DNA of 64,000 nucleotides. It comes from Azolla caroliniana (lineage: Eukaryota > Plantae > Polypodiophyta). The notes under the pieces are model-generated. The model was not told the origin of the DNA and searched no databases. It saw nothing but the letters and a program-made list of their open reading frames with translations. The stretch is from NCBI GenBank assembly GCA_043228905.1, contig JBHGNT010000014.1:18290001-18354000 (forward strand). Reading direction: 5' to 3'. A program made the translations under genes and the position numbers. This document shows positions 1 through 13,276 of this stretch, piece after piece. Numbering within the stretch: position 1 is the first letter of the stretch; each line of letters opens with the position of its first letter.

Positions 1-1804
1 GTCATACCTTTGAAAAGTTGAAGGCAAATTAGCTTATTACTTAAATGCCACAAAAAAAGAGGTAAGTATGAATGACAAAGAAAAACAAGCGTATAAACTT
101 CTCTAAATAGGCAAACGTGCCCTAGAAGATCAAACCAATGAAACATATGGTTGCAACTATGATACAATGGGACGATCCTCTAGCTATGATATGATGGGAT
201 GAATGACATAAAAATAATTGTATAAACTTCTCTACATAGGTGAATGGGGCCAATAAGATAACAATGATGAATCATATTGTTGCAATTGTGTTACAATGGG
301 ATTTCCAAATGGTTATCTCTTTTTGCATGGCAGGAATTTGTTTGTCTACGAGAAAATCAAAGTTGTATTGAATGTGGGATTGAAAAAATAAGAGTATTGA
401 TGTCTCTATGAAAATAAAGCTCCTTCCCTTGTTGTAGAAATGGAAATCCACAAACCCTAAATAATGCTTAAATGTTAGAAAGTGAGGGCGGTCATGTTGA
501 CCCATCCAAAGTTCCATGAGACTCTTGTAATCTTGAGCTTGAGGAGTTCCAACTCTAACCTTCGATGCTTCCCTATGATAGTTCTTATTTTTTTGAATAG
601 AGGGTATCTTATTCTTCTCTTGTGGTCTTGGGTGTCCATTATCCTTGAGTTCTTCGATCCCTTCAAAGCAATCCCTTTCGGTGACTTCATTTCCCTATTG
701 TGCAAACTATTTCACCTTATGATAGTTGTAAGGCATGTGGGGTGTGGGGGATACTTAGGTCAATGATGTGGCATAACTATGTCACATTATTGTGGTCCAA
801 ACCCCTCTTCAAACATAAAATAGTATCTACCTTGGATATCATTGTGCATACATATATTTTAGCTACATCCTTCTCACATAGGTAAGATAGTTGATATATC
901 ATGCTAAGAATCATTACTCTCTCCCGAATTGATGTGAAGACTCAATAGGTACATTTTTTGTCAATGCTCACACATAAGGATATGCAAGATTTGCACCCAT
1001 GTCCCAAGCGTGGATGGTGAAATCCTCATGGGAGAGCTAGAGAAAAGGGTTATCGTTTATAAATAATCAAAATATTAAAATTATTCTCGTGGTATGTGAA
1101 TAAATAAAAGTGCACATCTGCCCTATTGGTTGTCTTATTAGGAGTGGAGGCATGAGGCACGCATACATCAAGTCCCTGTATTGTGTGTGATGCTTTTGCA
1201 CTATTCCTTTGTGTTGAACACATGATACAATTTTACAAGAAATAAGATCAAATTGATGAATACTTTCAAAACATTGAGTAAATGTCTCCAATATTTGTTG
1301 TTATTTATGTCCAAATGGCATAGATGCTTGACAATACGTGACGACTTTTACAGCTTGAAACAAACATTGAAAGATTTATAAAAGTATAAACATCATAAAC
1401 AAAACTGATAATGATTTTGGAGTAAAATGATGTGCAACGTTATGCCACTCCCTGATGCCATAACATGATGCTACAAAATCTAAGACCCCTTTGAAGGAAT
1501 ACAATAATTTTGGGAGAAAAAACACATGGATGGGGGTTGGACGGCTTCCTTTAAATTCACATCTCAAGCTACTCCCAATCATATTGTTCTCTCTAGGAAA
1601 AAAGAACCTCTATCCTTTTTTAGATGGTACACACACATTTTTACTAGAAAATGTGGTAGTTTTTTTATAAGGTAGAATTTATATGGAATTAATGCTGATT
1701 CATATTATTGATGTATTCTAGCACAATGAAAGGCTATGTTATGCGACAATGGACATAAATTGATGGGCACATTGGATCTCAAACCTCGATTATGTAGTTT
1801 GGTG

Positions 1805-4303
1805 TCAAACTTGGACTTGGTTTCCCATAAAGGTTTGTCCGAATTGCCAATTAAAGGGTGCTACATTATAGGAAGTAACAACATGACCATGGCCCGTGGT
1901 TACTCTAAATGAGAGAGATTGCCCAACTAAGACCGAGTTGCATTGCCAATTTTGGCCCCAATTTCGAGTCATTGGGATCCATCCAGTGTTGGAACCTCTC
2001 ACAAGGACATGACTTATGTCCCCACTTCCTCCAACATTTGTAATCAAAACTAAATTGAAATATCTAAATCCATTTATGGTAAATCGAATGCCTCCTTCTC
2101 GTTTACAAGGAACCCTGCATTAGAACATACCTTTATGTAAGCCTTATCAATAACTCAAAAGTTCATCATATTGAGGTATTTACATCATGCATCTACTTGC
2201 ATTACAAACAAAATGTCACCCACATACATAATTCAATGAAAATGTGTGTAGAGTCTTTATGAAGTTGACGTAACCATGTGCATCAATGCTAGACTTAGTG
2301 ACAAATTAAGGCTTCAATTACATGACACACTCTATTAAGAGTTATAGGGAACTAAGACGTACATATTAAATTACAATTCCTACATAGGTACATTTAATAT
2401 GTGTTCGTTGGTAGGTGTCAAAATTACAAGAATGTATGTGTTGTGCTATTTTGTTGTACATAGAATATGGATGGATGGGATGTGTGTGGTAATGACTTTG
2501 AACAACATTGCACAAGTCATGCGAGCGATTGGCTAAAGACCCCCAAAAATCAAGATATTTGGCATTGTAATCATTTCAGTTTATTTAGATTGGTTGTTGG
2601 AAATGTACCCTAGTCTTTTTAGTATCTTTTTAGTTTATAAGTCAGGTGATTATAGTTTTTTGGGAGACGTCCTCTTTCCTTTAGATTTAATAGCATCATA
2701 AACTAAAAAAACACTAAATCCTTTAAAATTTTCAATGTTATCTTAGACTTACGATATAAAGAAAAGAATGTTTTTTAGAATTTACGGAGTAGAGCCATGA
2801 AAATTCGAAGTTTTCTTAGTAAGCTTTATGGTTACCTACCTAGTATAAATATTAGAACATGGAGTAAACTTGCGAGAACTCCCCCCCCCCCCCCCAGTGT
2901 AAAGGTGCCAAAATATAGTGGTGATCGTGTGGTGCTTACCTTCGGTAGATGACAGGGATGATCCCAGCCTGATAGTGTGCTAGTTTGAGGAAGGTAGGCT
3001 CGGCCATGTCAAAGTGTCGACGTGGGGGGTTGCACCAACCACCATTGTCTGATGCCAGGGCCCAATTGGGTGGACAAAAGTTTGTGGCCGTGACGATCAC
3101 TGAATTCATGGGGCCTCCCACACACCACTCAGGATCTGCCCAACACTTTATCTCGAAACATGCTCCACAACTCTCCCCTTGGTTGAACAAAGCCGTACTT
3201 AGTGCCACGGTTTTTGTCCCATATCCTTGGGCATATAGATCTCCATAGCCACATGCTCCCCCTACTCTCGTAACGACATGCACATGCACAACTTATATTG
3301 GTTAATCAACACTTGAACCTTAACTTCCATAGGTCTACTTGAACCTTCTTGAATCCATCATTACTATTTCACCTAAAACTAGCTAAATTCCAACATTTAG
3401 TTTGTGTATAATGGATACAAAGCATGGAACAGTTGTACAAAAAAATTGTGGTGGACTTGGAAAATACTTAACACTAATGCAAGCTTAATTAGCTATAGAT
3501 GTTTGTCAATGTGCACAAATTTGGTTGGAATGCCCACAAAAGTTCATTTTTATAGACAAACAAGAGATTATACCATCTAACATTCTAAATGTATAATCAC
3601 TCGAATCCATCAAAGTATGACATACTTTTAAACTAAGGCACACCGAGTAATCTTGCTTAAGAATATGGAGTCACACCCAGTCATCCCATCTAGAAGCATC
3701 CAAATATATAATTTATGTTTTCCACAGATTTAGTTGGAGTTCATACAACCCCTAATGTGGGCTATGTTCTTGCAAAGTGCTTGCATCATCCAACATAGGA
3801 ATTTGTGTACATTTAAATATAACCTTATGTTGTGGGTGCTCATCATCTCAAGGCTATGTTTCTTGCCCTAGTAGCACACTAGGAGTTATTCGTAATGAGT
3901 CACTATAAGCTAACAATATGTATACAAGTATATCCCATAAATCTACTTGGCTATTGATTATGGAACCCATTCCATTGATTGTGATTGCAATTGAATATTA
4001 TTAGATTCAAGATTAGAAATCAATGCGGGTTAAAAATAAAATAGCATGAAGATTAAAAATCAATGGAAGCTTAAAGTATGATGAAGGCTTGGAGATTGAG
4101 AAGATTATACCCATGGTTCCTGATGCATCACTCCCACCATAGAAAGTTGCATGAGCTTCTCTCCACATCATATGCACACTTGGTGATGGATGATACATGT
4201 AGTGATGATGATGATGATGAGTTGATCCAAAAGAGGCAGAGCTTAACATGATCATGGAGCATGACAATATCATGGATAATGATAATAATGCCTTGATCAC
4301 CAT
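1805..4303 (-). CDS. EXPA: Alpha-expansin (EXPA), 3 exons: 4303-4111, 3261-2940, 2114-1805; about 274 aa
   Basis: Signal peptide, then [15 protein letters not shown]|[42 protein letters not shown]|[41 protein letters not shown] introns in phases 1 and 2 at the usual EXPA positions; the joined frame is open to TGA at 1807-1805. Confidence 0.97.
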
Positions 4304-4585
4304 GATGATGATGAATCATAATAAATGGAAAGCAATGAGATGCCCACTCTATTTTAATTGGCAAAGGTTCATGTGGGCTTTTATAAGGAAGAGGGGGATT
4401 TTATAAGCTCCTTTTCACACCACTACTACACACTCTCACTACTACTACTACATCATCATTCCTTCATTGGTATTATGACAACTTCATAGTGTGGGCAACA
4501 CACACTTTGGGCCCCACCTCACACTTGACCACTAGTCTCCTCTCACTCACCCTAGTTCACACCTCATGCATCTCCCTCCCTCCCT

Positions 4586-4664
<79 letters not shown>

Positions 4665-7600
4665 TGTCCTAGAGAGAGAGAGAGATAGAGATTGATTTTA
4701 TTATTGTCCTTCAGATGTCAAATATGACACTCGGTCAAGAGTGGTAGAAAGAAAGAAAGAAACATTAACGTCTTCTAAGACCAAACTTGACCCATGAGTT
4801 TGATTTTATTATCGTCCTTTGATGTCAAATATTATTCATGGACGAGAGATAGAGTCCATTAATATCATCCTCATAAGTCAAATGTGACCCGTGGAGGCAA
4901 AAGAGAAACATTTTTACATTGTATACATGCAATTGAGAGGGGGAGGGGGAGGGGGAGGGGAGGGTTTTTTTGGAAATGCATCCTAGCTTTAGGAAAATTA
5001 CTTATAATGTCAACACGGGGAACTGAATATGATCTATGGGACATGTCTAACTTTTATGTTGATAGAACTAAACTTCTATATTTTGAGAGAGAGAGTGAGA
5101 GTCTTATGTGGAAATTTCGATTGCCTTAGGGATTAGGATCTATGGTACAAGTGGAGTATGAGAAATGGGTTATTGTTTGAACGATCTCTATGGAATACCA
5201 CAATAGGTATGTAGACTAAAAGGAAACCATATTGGTATTTTTCACGAGTGAGCTATGCATGCACCTTATTGGAGGAGGCGTCGCTTCAAATTAAGGCATT
5301 TGAAACATGATTGAGCTTTAAAAGACAATTATTGCGATACGAAGACTTCCTTTTCGTGCTTCACACCCAATAATCCTCATGTCATACATATGATCATACA
5401 CATATTGATATGAGGGGCATGAACACACATAATTACATACGAAATATTAGATCTTACCCTCCATGGGGCTTTACTATTTACATGGAGAAAATATAAGCCA
5501 CCCTCATTGAAAGGATCCAAATGCCACAAGAATTAACGTGGTCACACTTCATGAATTCATGTGGTGATATGACATACAAATCTAGGTATGGTCAATACAC
5601 AACTAGGTTGGGTTCGGTAGAGTGGATAGATCATAATTCACACATAGAGAGTGTCAAAAGGCAAGTTTAAAGTTTGCAAGAATGTTTAGAATCTAGATGA
5701 TATTGCAACAAGATCTAGTTTTCTCGTATTTGTATTCATGAACTAATAAAGGTTCATCATTAAATTACTCATTATGTGTTAAAGGTGAAACTTGTAATTA
5801 AAGACTTCACTCACTAGTTCACACGTTAAAGCCTAAAAGGAATCTAAGCACATGACATTCAACTAGTTTTCCCAAGCTTTACAACTATAACAAACTTCTT
5901 CTAAAGAGGAATAAAGCATGTGGGGTTTGGAGCGAACCATGGTTGTTGCCAAGGCTTGTTGCCCCAACACGAAGGAAAAGAAAAGCTCTATGAACTACAA
6001 GCCCTTACTAGCACATGATGATTGAGTTTGCCAACATTTTCCCATGTCGTTAGATTGCACTAATTTCACTTTTATTTGCTTCAAATTCATGAGAACTAGC
6101 CTTTCAAACACATGATATTTTCACTTTATGCTTTCTCTGAAGTCCACGCGTCTTTGTGTGAAAAATGAACCTTCCAACCCAAGACTTCTCTTACTTAGTT
6201 CATGCCCCATTCATCACCCATCTATTTCAATGTTCTCCCAACTAGACCTCAACTTTTAGCCATAAACTCTATAAACTGGTTATTGATGATCATGTCTACA
6301 TCGAATTCTATTGTAACTTTAGTTGTTAAATTCCCATGGTAAGTTTCGATATTTGTTTTCTCGAATCCCTTAGTTTTCCCACCAAAATAAAATAGCATGA
6401 AAGATAAATAATGGGAGACTAACAAATTTTCTGGTTGCCTTCAATTACTTTAGTGAGTAATCTACCTTCTATTACATGAGGTTCTCTATCTAACACATAA
6501 GAAATGTGTTCTATTTGACATTGCTCCACCTTATGTTAGCTTTCAATAAGTAATATTGGCCATGAAGCTCCTTGCTATTGTTGTGGTTTTAATACCCCAA
6601 AGATATTTATATGGAAGTAATGCAAATGCTATGTTTGTAATTATTAAAAGGCATCAAATTCTTATCTTCTTTATTGTATTCATAACTTAAGGAATGCAAC
6701 TTGATACAATTAAGGTCAATATGTATACTAGAATGCATCATGTAGTACTAAGAAAGATAGGTTACATATGCTTATTTCATAAACTTTGAATTCCGACGTC
6801 TGTCATGTTCTTGTGAGTGCACCACCACCATTCATTATGTAATGATTTCACATTCACTATCTCCAAGTTCCAATCATGCATTCATACTTACACAAACCTA
6901 CAATTGAGTACATACAAAACCGTGTTATTGCAATGATGCTCGATCTTGGTAATTTATCTCAAATACGCGAGATCGCCTCCACAAAAGGTTAAGAAATATT
7001 ATTTGAAGCTAAAAGTGTGAAGAGTGAATTGGCCTATAATCGACACATGAGAAGAGAAAATATATGATAATTCCTAGGATAATTGTGTGCCAAAAAGTGT
7101 GATTGGTTTATTAGAAAGCAAGGAATGCCATAAGTTATTTTATCTATAGGCAAATATATCCATATGGAAGTGCATACATTCTAGCACAATATCATGCAGC
7201 ATACATGTTATGGATGCGTGATGCTTTGTATCGGGTTACTTGATTATGCTATTAATATAAAATAGAACGAATATTACAATCAATTCGAACATAATGCCTA
7301 TGTTAAAGGCCATCGTATGACGACAATTATATACAAATAAATGTCAAAAAGTCCAATATGGAGTCCAATATGGAAAGGTATTGCATTTTAGAACTGATTG
7401 GAAAAAGAATAAAGTATATTATAGATGAAGGATAGAAATCTAGCAGGTTTATTGCCTTTTGACTAATGGCATCGTGAACCATTTTTTATATAGCATTAGA
7501 ACTAAACTATTCAAGAGTCAAGTTGATCTAACAATGTGAATGCTCCAATTGAAATTTCTAGCAATTAGACGTATGTATGTTATAAGACATAATGGTCCAA

Positions 7601-9974
7601 AGTTCTCGGAACTTGAACTTTTGAAACTTTATTATTATAGGCTAAGTTAATGGAAAAAGTACCCTTATATTCTACTTTTGAACTTTCATACACATAGTTA
7701 ACTCATTAGTCCAAGCTTCACATATGTTGCATTTGTTTTGCTTTGTGATTTCAAATGCATTAGAGCACTAAAATTTGAGAAACTCACTAAATATTTAAGT
7801 TGTTACTTATTCACCCTTTTCACTTTGCTTTGGTCTCCTTCAAAGCTTGTATATATGTGTAAATTGTAAGGCACATTACTGTAAGCTTTTTCAGGCTTTT
7901 CTTGGCTCCACTCAAAAGGTTCCATTTTTGCTTTATCATCTTTGTCCTTGTTTCACACTCAAATATTGCTTCTCCATAACATTATTTCATACTCAATGCA
8001 TTTGATACTCTGTACATGTGGACATATTGCAAAATCACCACTATGTGCACACAAATCCTTGGTTGGTTTGTATTTCATTGACAAAAACTCTCTTTGTTTA
8101 TTTGATATATGAATACCCCTTTAAATGGTATTCTTATACCTATTAAGTATAGAATAGAGACCCCCTCCTCGTGAGATTAGATTATACAGATAATGTCTTG
8201 AATCTTCGTTTACCTCCTACAATCTACTCCTTGTTATTAGGCATCCACTATTCTTTCCTTAAGTTTAAACATGCTATAAATTGAACATAAATCCACTCCT
8301 CTAGCTATATCATGATTAGTGCAAGCGTCGAGGAGCTCCAATCAAAAGAATTCATTTGTGTTTTCTTAGTATTTCACGCTATCTCATGAGGCCATAAAAC
8401 ATGTAAATGAAAATCTCTTGCTAAGGATCATCCACATCCCAACTTAAAACTTGACCATACATCTGGTTAATGTGAATAATGTTTCCAATAACTTCATACA
8501 CCAAAATATTTGAAAAATCGTGTTAACACATTTCAAAACATACAATAAACATACAATACGTAAATTTATTCACATGTTTCATGCCCAACACTTCATCACA
8601 TACAAATACATCACATATGTATACATAGAATGTTGGAATCATTATGTGAAATAGGCCCACATAAAGTCATAATAATTTCATGGCCTTAGTCCACAAAAAG
8701 TCATCAAAGTTTGGCTCTAGAATGATAAAAGAGAAGGCATTGAACCATAACATTATAAAAGGGGCATAAACCTTGTCTTGTACACATTGGACCACTTCGT
8801 TTACAAGCCATCGATTACTATACATACTTTTATCAACATGTAAATTTTAATTCATACAAGCTTACAATTTGGAAGAAATAGTTTTTTTGAGATAATGTAG
8901 TCCTTTCTCACATCTGGCTTACTGGACACTTGGTTCTACTCATTTTATGACATAAAATCATACTAAGATTCAAAATGACATTTTTACTAGGCTACAACAT
9001 TTTAATTGTCATTGTAATCTCCCATATGAATGCATTCATTCTATGTGATTTGTGGTGTGTAGTATGGTCAATAATCTTGCATTCATGTTTGATATAAGAC
9101 TTTTTGAGGTATTGAATCAGAATTACTTTCATGATATTTAGACATCATTAACTTGACTCTCTTGTATTTGCTTTGGATGGTTATAAGTTTGCACGCAATA
9201 GATAACTTTTGCAAGAAGCAGGGTTTCCTTTAAGTGAAACAAAAAGTGTATGCGAAACTATTTTACGAAAAAAGAGTTGATATGTTCCCTTGAGAAGTAA
9301 CCTTATTCTCTACAAGCTTCTTTCCGTGCACATCATATCCAACCATGCATGATATCAACTTAGTGAACTTTTATCTAGGATAGCCAAAATAGTTATAACT
9401 TTATTTAGATTTCTTCATTTTCTATAAATCATGACCTATTGGTATATGTATATGTATCTTCAACTTGATCTTAAGTTTGGGAATTCACTTGTTGTCGTAG
9501 TTCCATCTTGTTCTTCCTTGACTTCTCTAGGTATTTAAATGCTTTCCACCACTCAATGCTCTAGAAAAATGTTTACATTAAATTGAGTGGTGCATCTGGA
9601 TGAACAAAGTATGGGTAATAGGGGGTCATCTCATGATGTCAATGGTGTTAGGAGATTATACCCTCACTACATCATTGGTGTTGAATTGGTGCAACTTGAA
9701 AGTTGGGGTCTTTACATGGTCCAAGAAACTTAAATGACTTGGGAGATTGTTTTCTTGTGAGATTTTCTCAAGAAATGGAGTAAAAAGCGAAACAACAGTT
9801 TGCATTAGCAAGATCATGTTGCAAACATGACCAAAGTGAGTAAAAACCCACAAAAAAAGAAAACAAAATGGGCAAAGAGGTGAAAAGTATGTAAACCAAC
9901 CTTATGATCTATGCACACCCCCTTGATAATGATACATTTCACAAAAAATTGTACCAAAGCATTAATAAGTCATA

Positions 9975-10300
9975 AAAACATGTCGGCCTCTAGCTAAAAC
10001 TATTAAGCTAATATGGCACACACTAATAACTACATTGAGGGCACAATATGAGAGGATTGATGGAATAGATGATGCTTTAGAACTAACAAGGCTGAATTTC
10101 AGAAAATGTTGGTGTACTACACCGATGGCTGTAGCAAATGGAATGGATATACGATGGCAATACGTAGTACCCAGATGGTTGTTCCCCCCTCCCATTAGTT
10201 GAAAGAGGGGTATGAATGATGAGATACATAGAGAACATACATGTGGGCTATTGAATGCAGGTGATGTGTATGAAAGTTTGGCTAGAGACATATGTGAAAG
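9975..10300 (+). mobile_element. 5'-truncated LINE remnant (C-terminal end of ORF2)
   Basis: Plus frame reads PLAKTIKLIWHTLITTLRAQYERIDG...RLNFRKCWCTTPM...IRWQYVVPRWLFPPPIS*. This aligns by eye with the C-terminus of the LINE at 19690-19900 (PLEEVIMDIWFALISCLRGQL...RLCFWQKWRNTPM...PRWNY*PPR*LF). Confidence 0.7.
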
Positions 10301-11741
10301 TGTAAGATAAATAAGTGAGATCGCTCATGAATCATAGGATAAAAGGGACTAAAGTTGTGTACAAAAGGACATTTTAACTAATGGAGTATATTCTTTTTGG
10401 TGAAGTCATAAAAACATGACCTGACAAATGTCACTAAACAAAACTTCCCTCTATTTGGATGTGTATGTCTATTGGGACTATGGCAACGTTACCCATCCTC
10501 GGCAATTAGCGACACTTTCTCTATGAAGCGAAAAGAGTTCGTTGCACCTTGTGTATGTGTATAGTTTCATCTTTGCTTGATTTCATGTGTCATGATTTAT
10601 CATACTTCGAATGCATCTTATGCGTTTTACACTTGTCTTAACTATTGATTACTTTGTGTTCTCTCATTCTACCCTACTTGGTCAATATTAATTGACATTA
10701 GCTTTATCCAAGAAAATTACCTTGGTAGTCCATTTGAACTCTTGTATTAAACTCAAGCATCATTCTTCAATGGGCCACTAAAAATGAACAAGGTAGAGAC
10801 AAAAATTGACCATGTTCTCACTTACATTTATAGGTCAACGTGGCCTCCAAGTGCATACATTGATTAGATATCCTACTACCATTGAAGATTTAAACTTTGG
10901 TAGCATAGAAATTTGGAACTTTACTAGATTTTCAATCAACAATGAAGATTGTTAAACAAAATATTCAACCCTAATTACTAGATACAAAAAGCTCTGACCA
11001 ATTGGATACATTGTTCAACTTCGTCCTACCGATATGGTGTTATTTTTGGCATTGTCCCTATACATGCGACATTGGCTTCCCCTTTTCCTCCTTAGAATTG
11101 CTCCCTTTTTTACGGTCAGACAATATATGTAAAAGTTTCACTTGCACACATGCACATGCACAAACAAAAAGTTTACCATCCACACATATTATTGCAATCA
11201 AACAACATACACATAGCTAATGTGGTCGACATAGAGAAATAGGGCAAGATAAGGGAAATACTTTAACACAAACACACCATCCTTCCCCACACAAACACAC
11301 ATCATATATGTACACAAGCTATATATATAAGTACCATGACCTAAACTCCCATGCATAAAAACTCAACTAATCAATTGGGGCAAAACTTAACCGCAGTATA
11401 CATACGCATCTTACCTAATTATGATGGTTTACATCTCAACTACCTTCCCAATTTCCTAAGGCCAAAACATGCTAACATTTTCTTGCTCAAATTGGGTTGC
11501 ATGCTATAATTGATATGCCTTTGAAGGCAATTTAAAATACTTCCAAATCAACAATAAAATGAATCCAATATACAAAATGAAAAATATTGTGTTTAATATA
11601 TAACAAAGTGTCGTTATGTGTACTGAAATTTACATTACAGTCAATCCATTATGCAAAATGTACAAAACATGGTTAAATTTAGCATCAACGTGTTATTATT
11701 TTCAATATGGAAGAGTTTGAAAGAGAACAACATCAATTGGC

Positions 11742-13234
11742 TTAACTGTTGGCACTGACTTCAAAAAATGTCCCACCAATTGGATAAGAAAGGTGGTATG
11801 TTTTGGTAAAATTGCGAACACTAAAATATCTTCGGTTATTTATAGTCGCAACATTAATTTTTGTTTCCTGCTTCAACAAAAAAGAATTTTCAGACAAAGT
11901 GTTTTAAGGGCCTTTGGGATGTTTAAGTTTCTTTCATCAACAACACAAATTTTTTGTATAAAAGTGTTATCAGGGTTCTCGAATGTTCAATACCTTGATC
12001 TCAATATATGCTTTAATGATTTCATTTTAAATCTAGTAGGGGATTAGAGATACCATGAAAGTATAGTGTATGTATCCAAGGGGTGGTGTGTGTCAAACTT
12101 GGAATACGTTTGTGCAAGGTTTGTGAATTGGGTAATTGGTGCTGTGCCAAATTTATATAGTTTTAATGGCATTACAAGACGTCCCTCTCCCTACATAGGC
12201 ATATGATAGGTAGAGGAGACTAAGAAGTGTTGTAACTAAGTGGATTTTACATACAATTAATATAATTGTGTGCTTTTACCAAAAAAGAAGAAGAGAGAAT
12301 ATAATGCAATAGATATTTTATCATCCATGATGAGGCCAAATCAACGTATAAACTTGTATGTGATTCCTTCCTAAGAAGGGGGCTTACTATGCAATAAAAA
12401 CTCCTGATGTGAAAATAATTGCATGAACATATATGCTCACCCATCATGGTGAAAATTTGAGTATATGACACTCACATTATCATGGCCGTCTAATATGTCA
12501 TCATATTTCTAGTGAATTACCTCATATTTTGAGCATGTGATAAGAAAGTGATATTTGTCCTCCACTAGGTTTTCATTGTATACCTTGTATATCTTCATGT
12601 TTGCGTGATGATTCCATGATGCTACCTCAACACCTAACTTATGTGAGCAAGGTTAAAGAAGTGTTATGGTTCTCCAAGATCCAAGGTTCATGGGGGTAAT
12701 GAGATGTGATTGGATATGTTCTCACATTTTTTCCTTGCATTGGGGCCAATCTTGGGGGTTAATATTTGCAATGTAATATGCCATTTTTGACATTTTAGCT
12801 TCTTGCCACTTTACCCTTAGTGCATGTAGTAATATATCCTCAATGATCACATACTCCCATAGCATCACATGAGAGCTCCAATAAATCTTACCCATCTCTT
12901 AAACCATTTCATAATGTCAAGCACCCAACCAAATAAGAGGAATTTGTTCTTATCAATTTTTTGTACCTTGAATCCTATGCTTCAAGCTTGTTTGGGCACT
13001 CTATGATCATGCATTTCATGACTTTTGTGATATGCTTGTGTACTCCTTGCATGGCTAGCATCTCTATGGGCTGAGCACCTATTTCTAATAACACGATAGG
13101 ATTAGATGTTGAGGGTTTTACCCCCAATTATCTAAGTAGAAACATTTTTTGGATTTTCTCTATTTCATTCCATGCAAAGAGAGTGCCACCCCATAGTTCC
13201 ACTCCAAAATGTAACATTTGGACCACCGTTGCAT

Positions 13235-13276
<42 letters not shown>

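Noticed and set aside
2880-2895. Poly-C runs (also about 26419-26437 and 39840-39859) as G-quadruplex elements
   Set aside because: Simple homopolymers in introns or a LINE, with nothing indicating function.
5200-9900. Probable very old transposon debris (also 300-1700, 30300-36400, 47600-48800)
   Set aside because: No motif could be read with enough confidence to assign a family or boundaries.
12046-12190. Alternative PEBP last exon (GEGRLVMP...)
   Set aside because: It follows an AG and is open, but has no PEBP similarity. The exon at 11867-11742 supplies the conserved C-terminus.
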